A stretch of 64,000 nt of DNA, taken from assembly GCF_036365525.1 (NCBI RefSeq), contig NC_090399.1:46470430-46534429 (forward strand), written 5' to 3'. The position numbers and the translations under genes are program-made. The notes under the pieces were generated by a model. The model was not told the DNA's origin. It did not search any database and was given only the letters and a program-made list of their open reading frames with translations. Within the stretch, counting starts at the first letter, position 1. Each line of letters opens with the position of its first letter. Shown one piece after another: positions 24,801-34,849 of this stretch. The stretch is from Heterodontus francisci. Its lineage: Eukaryota.

Positions 24801-27237
24801 CTTGATTGACAGGGATACACACATTGCAGGTGAGGACTGGCTGTGAGCTAAAGGATGACGGGAGCAAGACTGAGTTCCTCCAGTTGGGCTGGGATGGCCA
24901 AGACATGATGACCTTCGACCCAGAGAAGGCGGAGTGGGTGGCACAGGCACCATGGGCACACACTGCCCAGGACAATTGGAATCAGGACAGGGCCCTCAAC
25001 CAGCTGTGGAATTTCTATCTGAAAGAGTTGTGCATCCAGTGGCTGAGGTCTTGTCTGCAGCACAAAGATCAAATACTGAGACCCAGTGAGTGATTGAGGG
25101 GACGGGAACTGAGTGAGTGAGGGGGGGTGACTGAGTGAGTGAGGGGGGGACTGAGTGAGTGAGGGGGGGACTGAGTGAGTGAGGGGGGAACTGATTGAGT
25201 GAGGGGGGGCTGATTGAGTGAGGGGGGGCTGATTGAGTGAGGGGGGAACTGAGTGAGTGAGGGGGGGAACTGAGTGTCTGAGTGAGGGGGGGACTGAGCG
25301 TTGGGGAGTGAGGGGGGTACTGAGAGTCGGGGAGTGAGGGGCAGACTGAGAGTCGGGGAGTGAGAGGGAGACTGAGAGTCGGGGAGTGAGAGGGAGACTG
25401 AGAGTCGGGGAGTGAGGGGGAGACTGAGAGTCGGGGAGTGAGAGGGAGACTGAGAGTCGGGGAGTGAGAGGGAGACTGAGAGTCGGGGAGTGAGGGGGAG
25501 ACTGAGAGTCGGGGAGTGAGGGGGAGACTGAGAGTCGGGGAGTGAGGGGGAGACTGAGAGTCGGGGAGTGAGAGGGAGACTGAGAGTCGGGGAGTGAGGG
25601 GGAGACTGAGAGTCGGGGAGTGAGGGGGAGACTGAGAGTCGGGGAGTGAGGGGGAGACTGAGAGTCGGGGAGTGAGGGGGAGACTGAGAGTCGGGGAGTG
25701 AGGGGGAGACTGAGAGTCGGGGAGTGAGGGGGAGACTGAGAGTCGGGGAGTGAGGGGGAGACTGAGAGTCGGGGAGTGAGGGGGAGACTGAGAGTCGGTG
25801 AGTGAGGGGGAGACTGAGAGTCGGTGAGTGAGGGGGCGACTGAGAGTCAGTGAGTGAGGGGGGGGGTCTGAGTGTCAGTTAGTGGGGTATTCTCTGAGTG
25901 AGGGTCAGTGAGTGACTCTCTATATTGGAGATCCTGTATTGATTCCACTTTCTCTCTCTCTCAGTCGCCCCCATCGTGTCCTTTACCCGTCCGGGTGATC
26001 CTAACCGGTTGTCCTGTGTCGTCACCGGGTTTTACCCTCCAGACATTGAGGTGACTCTGTGGAGAGATGAACTTTTGATCGATGAGACCCTATCCTCTGG
26101 GATCTTACCCAATCACAATAACACCTTCCAGATCCAGAAATGGACGGAGTTTGTTCCGGAAGACCAGGCCGTGTATTCCTGTCGGGTGGAGCACCGTGCA
26201 CTGAGGGAGACAATGGTGGTGATTTATGGTAAGACTGTCTCTCACTGTTAGAGGGGACCCAGCCTCAGAACAGGAGCACAGGAGGGAGGGTCAGTGCTGA
26301 GCTGTCAGCCCGGAACAGGCTGAGGCCCAGGATACAAAGAGAGGGAAATAACTATTAACTTTCAATGTCCTCAGTGTCTGACCAACTCTCTATCACCCTC
26401 TCTGTCTGTCCCTGTCCCTACCCCCTCCTATCCCACTCTTTCCTCACCCTCTCTCACAATCCCTATTGCCCTCTCTCTGTCTGTCCGTGTCCCGACCCCC
26501 TCCTTCCTTGCTCTCTCCCCTTCACACACTCCATATTTCCCTCAGTCTGTCCCTGCCCCTGTCCCTATCACCACATTCCCTCTCTCTCCGCCCCCTCTGT
26601 CATACTCTGCTTCTCCTTCTCCCTCTCTGTGTCTCTCTCTGATTGTCTCTCTGTTTCTCACTGACAGGTCCCCAGTCAGACTCCCAGGTCCCTGTTATTC
26701 TCGGTATTGTGTTTGGGATTGTGCTGGTCATCATTCTCATTATCCTGGCTTTCTTCATCTACAAAAAGAGAGGTAGGAATTGGAGAGGTAATGAACTGAT
26801 GCTTGTCAGGAGAGGTGGGGCCAGAGTGACGGTGGGGGGTGGGAATATGGGTGCTGGAGTCCAGGGTGAGGGAGGTGAGTGGGAATGGGGGTGCTGGGGC
26901 CCAGTATGATGCTGATGGTGTTTATGGTGTGTGTTCTGGGTCTGATGGGTTTTGTTGCTGGTATTTGTGGGGTGTGTTTTCGGGGTCTGATCGGTTTTGC
27001 TGCTGGTATTTGTGTAGGTACGTTTTCGGGGTCTGTTGGGTTTTGTTGCTGGTATTTGTGGGTGTGTCCTGTGTCTGATATGTTTTCCTTTCTCTATGAT
27101 CATGTATTTATCTCTCTTCCCCAGTGGCCTCCTGGGTCCCAACTGGAACTCCAGGGACTTCAGCACATGGAGGTCAGCAGGTGAACTGGATGAAAGAATC
27201 GGGGAGTGTGTCATTTCATCACAGTGACACTGCGTGA
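9837..27237 (+). CDS. Non-classical MHC class I heavy chain gene (6 coding exons, about 354 aa); shark UEA/UCA-like candidate
   Basis: Leader, alpha1, alpha2, alpha3, TM and cytoplasmic exons join in frame through GT-AG phase-1 introns (49+261+273+264+105+113 = 1065 nt) with no internal stop. Canonical alpha2 and alpha3 cysteines are present. The last exon is the least certain. Confidence 0.92.
11146..13338 (-). mobile_element. 5'-truncated RTE-clade LINE with 14-bp TSD, inserted into a CR1 fragment in intron 1
   Basis: RT ORFs ([15 protein letters not shown]; [10 protein letters not shown]; [10 protein letters not shown]) and C-terminal [17 protein letters not shown]. Short (GAA)n tail. GTGTTGGGGGATAT occurs at both 11132-11145 and 13339-13352. 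Confidence 0.93.
13386..14720 (-). mobile_element. PIF/Harbinger transposase remnant
   Basis: [14 protein letters not shown]...AAEDRYNAA (13375-13572) and [24 protein letters not shown] (about 14330-14460), both HARBI1-like motifs. Confidence 0.8.
13952..14312. mobile_element. hAT-like MITE with ACCCG subterminal repeats and 8-bp TSD, inside the Harbinger remnant
   Basis: ATTCCCAC at 13944-13951 and 14313-14320; imperfect TIRs TAAAG...CTTTG; many ACCCGA/TCGGGT motifs. Confidence 0.75.
15390..16670 (+). repeat. C-rich minisatellite (about 53-59 bp units, CCTCCCCTGCTCCTCCAGGCACCCGATCACCCCACCATGTC...)
   Basis: Tandem units; Pro-rich ORFs in all three forward frames. Confidence 0.92.
16755..17510. 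mobile_element. Two CR1 3'-end fragments in opposite orientation, just before exon 2
   Basis: GAACAGGAGTAGGCTATTCAGCCC (minus-strand CR1 3' end) and + strand AGAGTTGTGAATCTTTGGAATTCTC...GAATGGCCTC. Confidence 0.6.
17559..17819 (+). CDS. MHC class I exon 2, alpha1 domain
   Basis: Pyrimidine tract and TTCAG| acceptor. Encodes [48 protein letters not shown]...[11 protein letters not shown]|GTGAG donor. Confidence 0.93.
18075..19160 (+). repeat. Degenerate CT-rich tandem repeat (GTGTCTCTCTATTCCCC-type)
   Basis: Low-complexity pyrimidine-rich tandem units. Confidence 0.9.
19590..23100 (-). mobile_element. Internally deleted CR1 LINE (RT 3' part, ORF1 SGNH-esterase remnant, 5' UTR) with a nested CR1 3' fragment at about 20783-21510
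   Basis: [13 protein letters not shown] (20552-20782). ORF1 GSTNNIGRT...VIISGLLP...INAWLKDWC (21696-22312). The stretch at about 22780-22840 resembles the CR1 5' region at 59380-59430. Confidence 0.8.
23611..23943 (+). mobile_element. HE1-like tRNA-derived SINE
   Basis: A-box-like GGCACAGTGGTTAGC and B-box GGTTCAATTC; CR1-like 3' tail GGCCTGTTTCAGTGCTGTATCTC followed by an A-run. Confidence 0.85.
24813..25085 (+). CDS. MHC class I exon 3, alpha2 domain
   Basis: GACAG| acceptor. Encodes [16 protein letters not shown]...[11 protein letters not shown]...W...[14 protein letters not shown]...LRP with C101/C164 equivalents. A|GTGAGT donor. Confidence 0.95.
25090..25870 (+). repeat. G-rich minisatellite filling intron 3 (about 20-bp units grading into 26-bp AGACTGAGAGTCGGGGAGTGAGGGGG)
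   Basis: Direct tandem units. Confidence 0.95.
25965..26228 (+). CDS. MHC class I exon 4, alpha3 Ig-C1 domain
   Basis: Encodes [20 protein letters not shown]...LPNHNNTFQ...YSCRVEH. Acceptor TCTCAG|, donor G|GTAAG. Confidence 0.96.
26668..26772 (+). CDS. MHC class I exon 5, connecting peptide and transmembrane helix
   Basis: Encodes [35 protein letters not shown]. Acceptor GACAG|, donor G|GTAGG. Confidence 0.92.
27125..27237 (+). CDS. MHC class I exon 6, cytoplasmic tail (3' boundary uncertain)
   Basis: Strong acceptor TCTCTCTTCCCCAG|. Phase-1 reading gives [37 protein letters not shown] (TGA 27235-27237). Internal donors at 27173 and 27181 could be used instead. Confidence 0.6.
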
Positions 27238-28388
27238 TTGATGGCGTCTCTACATCTGTGACTCTGTATTTGGGATTGTGGGGGAGGGGCGGAGGATCTC
27301 CCTGAGACCTTCAGTCCCAGGGGGCTGTCGGGGTAGGTGGGTGGTCTGCTCCCGACACCTTCATTCTGGGGCTGGGGACAGCACTGACCCATAGGCTGAA
27401 GCCACATGGAGGGGGAGGGGTTATCGCTGGGAGATCAGGCAAACTGTGCACCAGAGATTTATTTCTGTTGTACATTTACAGGAGCTGAGACAGAGACATA
27501 CATGGGGCCGAAGAGTATCAGTGAAACACCACCTCCTCAATGCTTTGTTTGTATTTTTAATGGCCTTACTAACCTGCACCATTACTTTAATGATTTGTCC
27601 ATCTGTCCCCCTAGATCGCTTTACTCCTCTACCCCTTTTACTCTAGTTTTTCCAATTTATTACTTTTATCTTTTTTTTTTACATCCTTCTCAATCATTGT
27701 CTTAAACCTTTTGATGATGTGATCGCTATTGCCTTGATGATCCCTACATTTAATTCTCTTACCAATGCTGGTTCATTCCCCATTGTCAGATAGAAGATTA
27801 TGTTGATAGAGTGAGATGAAGAGGTGGGAGGAAGCTCATGTGGATCATAAACACTGGCATAGACCAGTTAGGGGTGAATGGTCTGTTTCTGTGCTGTACT
27901 TTCTATGTTATTCTATCCATCAAATTCATGGCAGTGGCTGCACAGTCTGAGATCTGCTTTCTCTTTACCTCCTTTCTGTTCTCCCCTTCTCAAAACCTCT
28001 TTGTTCCAGTCAATAACATTTTTGCTATACTCCCCCATGATGGATGTGTAATATTTATAAAAGATGAAGGATTTTATTTGTTTAATTCTCCCTCCTCTCC
28101 CACTTTTCCTCAGTTATTTAAGGATTATAAAAGAAATGTTGCTCTCATATCTTTTTCTTGATAGATTTGTACTTCCTGTCGAGTTTCCAATGAGCAGCAA
28201 CCAGTGGCATTTGCTGTGCTCCAGCCCTGACCGAATATCTCCAGCCACAATCCAAGTAGCTCATAAACATCTCCCTCTGTCTATGGTCCATCATTTACTC
28301 CTCAGTAACTCCCAAACCCTAATCCTGTTTGTTCTGTCACTCGCACCTCGCGTTTTTTATGAATTTAGTTTCATGATGTATTTTGGAT

Positions 28389-28716
28389 GGGAGCAGCACA
28401 GTGGTGCAGTGTTTAGCACCACAGCCTCACAGCTCCATGGACCTGTGTTTGATTCTGGGTACTGCCTGTGCGGAGTTTGCAAGTTCTCCCTGTGACCTTT
28501 TGGTTTATCGCCGGGTGCTTCGGTTTCTTCCCAGAGCCAAAGACTTGCAGGTTGATAGGTAAATTGGCCATTGTAAATTGCCCCTAGTGTAGGTAGGTGG
28601 TAGGGAATATGGGATTACTGTAGGGTTAGTATAAATGGGTGGTTGTTGGTCAGCACAGGCTCAGTGGGCTGAAGAGCCTGTTTCAGTGCTGTATCTCTAA
28701 ATAAAATAAATAAATA
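28389..28716 (+). mobile_element. HE1-like tRNA-derived SINE
   Basis: Homologous to 23611-23943; ends in a (TAAA)n tail. Confidence 0.85.
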
Positions 28717-29510
28717 CTGTCGTTCTAAGGAAACAGGGTGAAAACTCATATACAAATAATGCATCTCTCTCACACATATATTTCTGTACAGGAGTGAGAA
28801 CTCTGCTTTGTTAACCTGATGACAAGTGAACTAGTTGGTCCTAATGCACTCTGGCTACTGCAGTGTCACCAGAACAGGCTAGAAACTACCATGTCCATGA
28901 TGTGATTCTCTCCCACACAGAATGTGTTCATCGTAGCGGAAACACTGTAGTGTAAGATTTACTTTCGGGAGTCACAAATTACCCAAAAAGGGGGTCACAC
29001 TCATAGGTAGTTTTAAAGTAGTTTATTAAGAAGCAGCAGTTTAAATATGATGGTACATGCATACGCTAAATAGTCAGAAAATACATACGACCTGTAACAT
29101 TTTGTATAGTTTACTGATCCCAGATCATTCAGATGGTCAGAACGATGGTGACCATCTCCCCGATGAATGAGGCAGGCGAGGTGTTGCTGGTCTCTTTGGT
29201 CCTCAGAGTTCTCAGTCTTCTTGAACTAACCAATGTGTTAGGCCGAAGCCCAGCACTCGGGTGAAGCCGAGCTACAGGAAGATCTCCTTCTGTCAGAAGA
29301 AGACTGAAGATTTCCCCCCGAGTAACTGTTTATATCCTTTTATTTCTCGGTGCTGTTTGATGTCCCATTGTCAATCACTTGTTCAATTCCAATTGCCCAA
29401 TCACCAAGAGACAGTAAAAGTAAACCCCTCCCATGCCCATCACTCTGCCCCTGAAGTCATCTTGTGGTTTATCGCTTGCTAGGATTGTTTGTAAATTTCT
29501 GCCAGGCACT

Positions 29511-30390
29511 TAGAATCATAGAATGATAGAATGTTTATGGCACAGAATGAGGCCACTTGGCCCATTGTATCTGCCCCAGCCAAAAAAAAACTCCAGCCTT
29601 ATCCCACTTACCGGCAATTGGTCGGTAGCCCAGCAGGTTATGGCATTTGAGGTGCACATCCAGGCCCCTTTGAAATGAATTGCGGGTTTCTGCCTCAACT
29701 ACCCTTTCAGGCAGTGAGTTCCAGACCCCCATCACCCTTTGGGTGAAAAAATACTTTTCCTCATCTCCCCTCAAATTCTTCCACCGATCACTTTAAATCT
29801 ATGCCTCCGAGTCACAGACCACTCTGATAAGATAAATAGGTCTTTTTCATCCACTCTATCCAGACCCCTCACAATTTTGTACATCTCAATCAAATCGCCC
29901 CTCAGCCTTCTCTGTTCCAAGGAGAACAATCCCCTCCTATCCACTCTTTCCTCACAGCTGCAATTTTCCAATTCTGGCAACATCCTCGTAAATCTCCTCT
30001 GTACCTCTCCAGTGCAATTCCATTCTTTCTGTAATGAGGTGACCATAACTGCACACAGTACTCAAGTCTGGCCGAACCATTGAGTTATACAGTTCCAGCA
30101 TAACCTCCCTGCTCTTATATTCTATACTTCAGCTAGTAAAGGAAAGGATTTAATCTGCCTTCTTAACCACCTGATTTACCAGTCCTGCTATCTACAGAGA
30201 TCTGTGGATATTCACTCCAAGGTCCCTCACTTCCTTGACACTTATCACTATCCTCCCATTTATTGTGTATTTTTTTGCCTTGCTTGACCTCCCCAAATTC
30301 TTCACCTCACACTTCTCTGGGTTAAATTCCATTTGCCACTTTTCTGCCCACCTGACCAGTCCATTGCTATCTTACTGCAGTCTACAACTA
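29511..30390 (-). mobile_element. CR1 LINE 3' fragment
   Basis: VQRRFTRMLP...[20 protein letters not shown] and FFTQRVMGVWNSLP. Confidence 0.85.
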
Positions 30391-31597
30391 TCTGCAGAGA
30401 GTACGAGGCTCCATCTTATCAGCTTTAGGAATGTCTTGTTTCAGAGTTTGTGCCAGACTCATAGCAGAGATAACAGGCGGACTCTGCCCTGTGTGTTTCT
30501 GTCGGGGAGACTGCTATAGAATCTCTCTTAATAGAGTTAGAGAGTGAGAGTTATTTCTATCATATTCAATTAATTTTCTTCAGATTTTACAAGGTTACTA
30601 GACAGACATTTCTTCCAGCAGTATTATAAAAAAGAATAAAGAGGAAGTGGAGGAGGTGCAAAACAGATTGACAAGCCTGATAACAGATCTGAGAGGTTGT
30701 AACTGTCAGGAAAGATTGAGCAGATGTGGGCTTGAAAAGAGAAGGCAGAGGGGTGAGCTGATCCAGGACTATCAGGGTATAAAGGGGATTGATTAGTTAC
30801 ACATTGAGAACATGTTTTCACTTGTGGGGGAGATCAGAACTAGAGATCATAAATGTAACATGGTCACTAATAAATCCAAAAGGGGAATTTATGAGAAATG
30901 TCTTTAACCACAGAGTGGTGAGAATGTGGAACTTGCTACCACAAGAGGTAGTTAAGGTGTTGAGCACGGATCAATTTAAGAGGAAGAAAGATAAGCACAT
31001 GAGGGTTAAAGGAACTAGAATGATATAATGCTAGGGTTAGATAAAGAGGAGTGGGAGGAAGCTTGTATGAAGTATAAATACCAACAGTTGGGCCAAATGA
31101 CCTGTTTCAGTGCTGTACATTTTGTGTAATTCTATATAATAATCTGTACACCCAATAATAACCATATACTCAGTTACAAAACATACACCCAATAATAAAC
31201 TATTCCCTCTACTGACAAGCTATGGACAACTCCTCCAGTTGCCATCCCAGGCATTAGGTCACTCTCTAGGTGCACTTGATACAAAGGTATGGATATATAC
31301 TCCCCGCCCATACCATTAACGAAAACTTTAGCATTCAATGCACTGTCTCATGGAAATGTTATCCCTTTCCCCAGTAAAAGAGTTTGATTTGTCCCTGTGT
31401 CCGTAGTATAACGATAGGTTTGTCTGCCTCACTTGAGGGATATGGAGTTACTTTTCCTTTTGATAAGAGTTCTCTATAACTTTCAGATATCTTATTCTCA
31501 ACCTCTACACTCACTTGGGATTTTTGTGTCTGGTTTTACAGTTGCTCTTAAAGCTACAGCCTGATCTGCTGTACTCTGAGTCAGACCTCCTTTCTCT

Positions 31598-31805
31598 TTT
31601 GGTCAGCTATGTGGCCTTGTCCAATCTACACCTTCTCCTTTGTTATCTCTTGCCCCACCCCCAGCTCACTTACTTATAACCTTTGACATTTCCAATATTT
31701 GCTAGTTCCGAAGAAGGGTCACTGACCCGAAATGTTAACTCTGCTTTTCTTTCCACAGATGCTACCAGACCTGCTAAGTGGTTCCAGCATTTCTTGTCTT
31801 TATTT
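31598..31805 (+). mobile_element. Penelope-like terminal-repeat fragment with 11-bp TSD
   Basis: CTCCTTTCTCT at 31587-31597 and 31806-31816; near-identical to 33560-33764. Confidence 0.8.
31704..31740 (+). ncRNA. Minimal type I hammerhead ribozyme-like motif (mutated copy)
   Basis: AGTT-CCGAAGA-A-GGGTC/ACT/GACCC-GAAATGTT-AACT; C>T change in stem III relative to the 33667 copy. Confidence 0.45.
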
Positions 31806-33126
31806 CTCCTTTCTCTGCATTAGCTCTGTGTACCCCAACAAGTCACATGGGTTTCCCTCACTACTTCAAGTATTCTGAATGAAGATGTCCCACCTTGTGG
31901 CAATGATAACACTTTGGCTTGCGGATCTCACTTCCTCCCTCAGCACCTTCCTTTCTGTTCTGAGGAGGTGATCCTGTGGTGTTCCCAGCTGTTCCTTCTT
32001 GTCCCTGTCTACTTGCCGTCCTTTCACTCTCCCACTTTATATGCTTCTCGGATTTGTGGGGGTGACAGAGAAAAGTCTTTGGCTAATTCACAAGCTCAAA
32101 ATCATCAGCGATTTCCACTGCATGTCTGGTTTTTAAAACCTTCTGGTTCTCGACATGAGTTCTCACTACTGAAGGAATTGAATTTTTAAACTCTTCCAAG
32201 AGAACCAATTCTCTAAGATTCTCTACATGGCTTCCATCTTTACTGCTTGTATTCAGCAATCAAAATTTATTTGCGTTACCCTCTCAAATTCTATCGGAAG
32301 CTTCAGGGACTAACTCATACGCAGTAGGAATAGCCTTTTTTTGCCCTCTCATAGTCTGCAGAAGTCTCTTCAGGAAGTATGGCGTAAACTTCATGAGCTC
32401 TGCCCATCAACCTACTTTGCACAAGCAGCATCCAGCTTTCCTTTGTCCATTTAATTTGTTAGGCTATTTTTTCAAAAGAAATGAAAAATGTCTCTCTGTC
32501 CCTTTACTTAAATGTAGGGAGAGTTTGTATGAATTTAAACAGCTTTTCGATGGTTCCTGGGCTGGATTCAGATCCTTCCTGACCAGAATTTTCCTGGAGT
32601 CAAGACTATCCCTTAATCTTCGTTCCATCTCCTTTAATTTAAATTTCCTGCCTTCTCTTTCACTCTCTCCCTGAAGTGCTCTCTCTTTCTCCCTTTCCAA
32701 ATTCAAGTTTTCTTAGTTCTTTTTCAGCCTGAAGTTTTTATTTCATTTCTAACTGAATCTTAGCCGATTCTACTGCATCACCCTCTGATTTACTCTCTTC
32801 CTCTTCCTCTTCTTCCAATTTCAGATGTTGGGCTACAACATCAATTATCTCTGCTTTTTTTTACCACCTGATTTCAATTCTAACCCCAATTGTGCTGCCA
32901 GTTCTTTTAGTTTAATCTTGGTTAAAGTTTTCAAGTCACTGAGGGGCATATTCTCCTTTCCCAGAAAATCTGCTGCAACTGCTAATCCCATTTCAATGAT
33001 ATAACCTTTAACCTATTATAAAAGAAATCTGTTTCTTTTATTTTTTTCTTCTTTCAAATTATTACCCCCCTCACAATTCACATAATTAACATTGAAAATC
33101 ATCCCGACAAGAGCCCCAATTAATAT

Positions 33127-33764
33127 AAAAGCAAAATACTGCGGATGCTGGAAATCTGAAACAAAAACAAGAAATGCTGGAATCACTCAGCAGGTGATTG
33201 AACTCTCTTTCCACAGATGCTGCCAGACCTGCTGAGTGATTCCAGCATTTCTTGTTTTTGTTTCATGAACATTGAGTTCAATAATTTCAGAGCATGACAG
33301 CCCCCCATTTTACTTTCATTTTTAGTTATTTTTTCTTCCTTTTTTTACATTCCTTTTTACATTTTTTACAATTTTTTTTTGCATTTATTTCATTTCATCT
33401 TAGTTTGTTCAGTTTGCTTACCCACTGTGTTTTTCAGGTTGTTTTTCTTCAGGTTTGCACTTGCTGCTGTTCAATATTCAGTGTATTCACACCTAATCTG
33501 TACTAATGCTTTGTCTTTCAACACACCATTAACATATTGTTTGCCTTTGCTCCGTGACCTTTTGGTCAGCTATGTGGCCTGGTCCAATCTGCACCTTCTC
33601 CTTTGTTATCTCTTGCCCCACCCCCACCTCACTTGTTTATAATCTGTGACTTTTCTAATATTTGTCAGTTCCGAAGAAGGGTCACTGACCCGAAACGTTA
33701 ACTCTGCTTCTCTTTCCACAGATGCTGCCAGACCTGCTGAGTGATTCCAGCATTTCTTGTTTTT
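33127..33764 (+). mobile_element. Penelope-like retroelement 3' fragment with inverted terminal piece and 14-bp TSD
   Basis: GCCCCAATTAATAT at 33113-33126 and 33765-33778. Fold-back at 33127-33265. ORF end MNIEFNNFRA* near 33265-33297 resembles the Penelope GIY-YIG C-terminus. Confidence 0.8.
33667..33703 (+). ncRNA. Minimal type I hammerhead ribozyme-like motif
   Basis: Stem I AGTT/AACT; core CCGAAGA (U4C variant of CUGANGA); 5-bp stem II GGGTC/GACCC; GAAA; palindromic stem III within AACGTT; putative GUU cleavage triplet. Confidence 0.6.
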
Positions 33765-34849
33765 GCCCCAATTAATATGTTCTGACCAAGGTGGGACTAA
33801 TACATTGTTAATTCAGTTCCACTGCTCTACAGTTCATAGCATATCAAATAAAGTTTCCCACCTACCGAAGACTGGCCAAATTAAATACTCTATTTTTCCT
33901 CCAGAATAAAGTGCACCAAACCAGGTTTCTTTAAACAATAGTAACATTAACTATTTATGAGGAAATAAATAATAGGTCTTAACTACTAACGAGATAAATC
34001 TATACATGAAAAAAATCCTTATTCCCTTAACCCTCATGCACACGCAGATACATTCAAAAAGAAATGGTTAACCACTTTCAAAAGGGGGTTTTGGATTATA
34101 ATTGTTTCTTTGGAATAGAAGGAATAATAAAAACAAAATAATTGAGGTTCACGTTCTGGTAGAATGTTTTCAGTATGGCGAGGTGTCCCAGAGTCAAATC
34201 GGTGGATACCACTCAAAGTCTCTTCAGATGAGGTTGATGAACAGTCTGTGGTGGGTAGGTGTTCACAGCAATTTAACTGCAGCAGGCATCACATAGGTCT
34301 TCCATCAGGGGTGTAGCAACAGGTCTGCTTGGGTTTTCAAGCAGCAGTCTAGCAGTAGAAGAATTCTTCATATTTTAGGATTTTCTTCGAACACAGGAGG
34401 CAACAGGAATCTGCTACCTTGCAAAGCAGGATTCCTTTTCAAGAAATGCAAGTCTCCTTTACAGAGAGAGAGGTAGTACTTTTCTGGGTTTATTCACTCT
34501 GGCTCCCGGCAGGTCAAGCAAAGATTTCAAATGCCCGCTCTTTGTTCAATGCACAGACTTGTCAAGGGTCCAAAGTGAAAAAAACACCTTCCTGAATATG
34601 ATCACATGTCCAGGAACAGTGTCTCCCCATTGTTGCTCAAGCTGCTCTGAAGAAAGGTCAAACCCCTGTGATTTCCTTGAAACTGCAATCCTTCCTGTCC
34701 TTTTACTAGTTTAATTTCCTTTCAAAACACCCATAAAGTTGAACTCTTTGTTCTGTACTAATTTTCAACACATTGCTGGAATTCCAATTATTTTTGCACG
34801 TGTCCTTCACTAAGCAAAGTCCTTCTTTCATTTTTTGTTGAGACACATA

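Larger units (their letters stand above)
31201..34849 (-). mobile_element. Second Gypsy/Gmr1-like LTR element (degenerate gag-pro, tRNA-Pro-like PBS, 5' LTR 33778-34849); the LTR tip is displaced to 39095-39140
   Basis: gag start MGLAVAADFLG near 32990; knuckle remnant near 31880-31910; protease IVILR(D)TG near 31390-31415. + strand ATCCCGACAAGAGCCCCAA (33101-33119) resembles the complement of the tRNA-Pro PBS TGGGGGCTCGTCCGGGAT. Confidence 0.8.

Noticed and set aside
9837-27237. Classical UAA or a definite lineage symbol
   Set aside because: Loss of anchor residues argues against classical; choosing between UEA, UCA or a new lineage needs a phylogeny I cannot run.
28946-30602. Solo LTR interrupted by a CR1
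   Set aside because: TGTAG start is suggestive, but no matching CA end or TSD was found.
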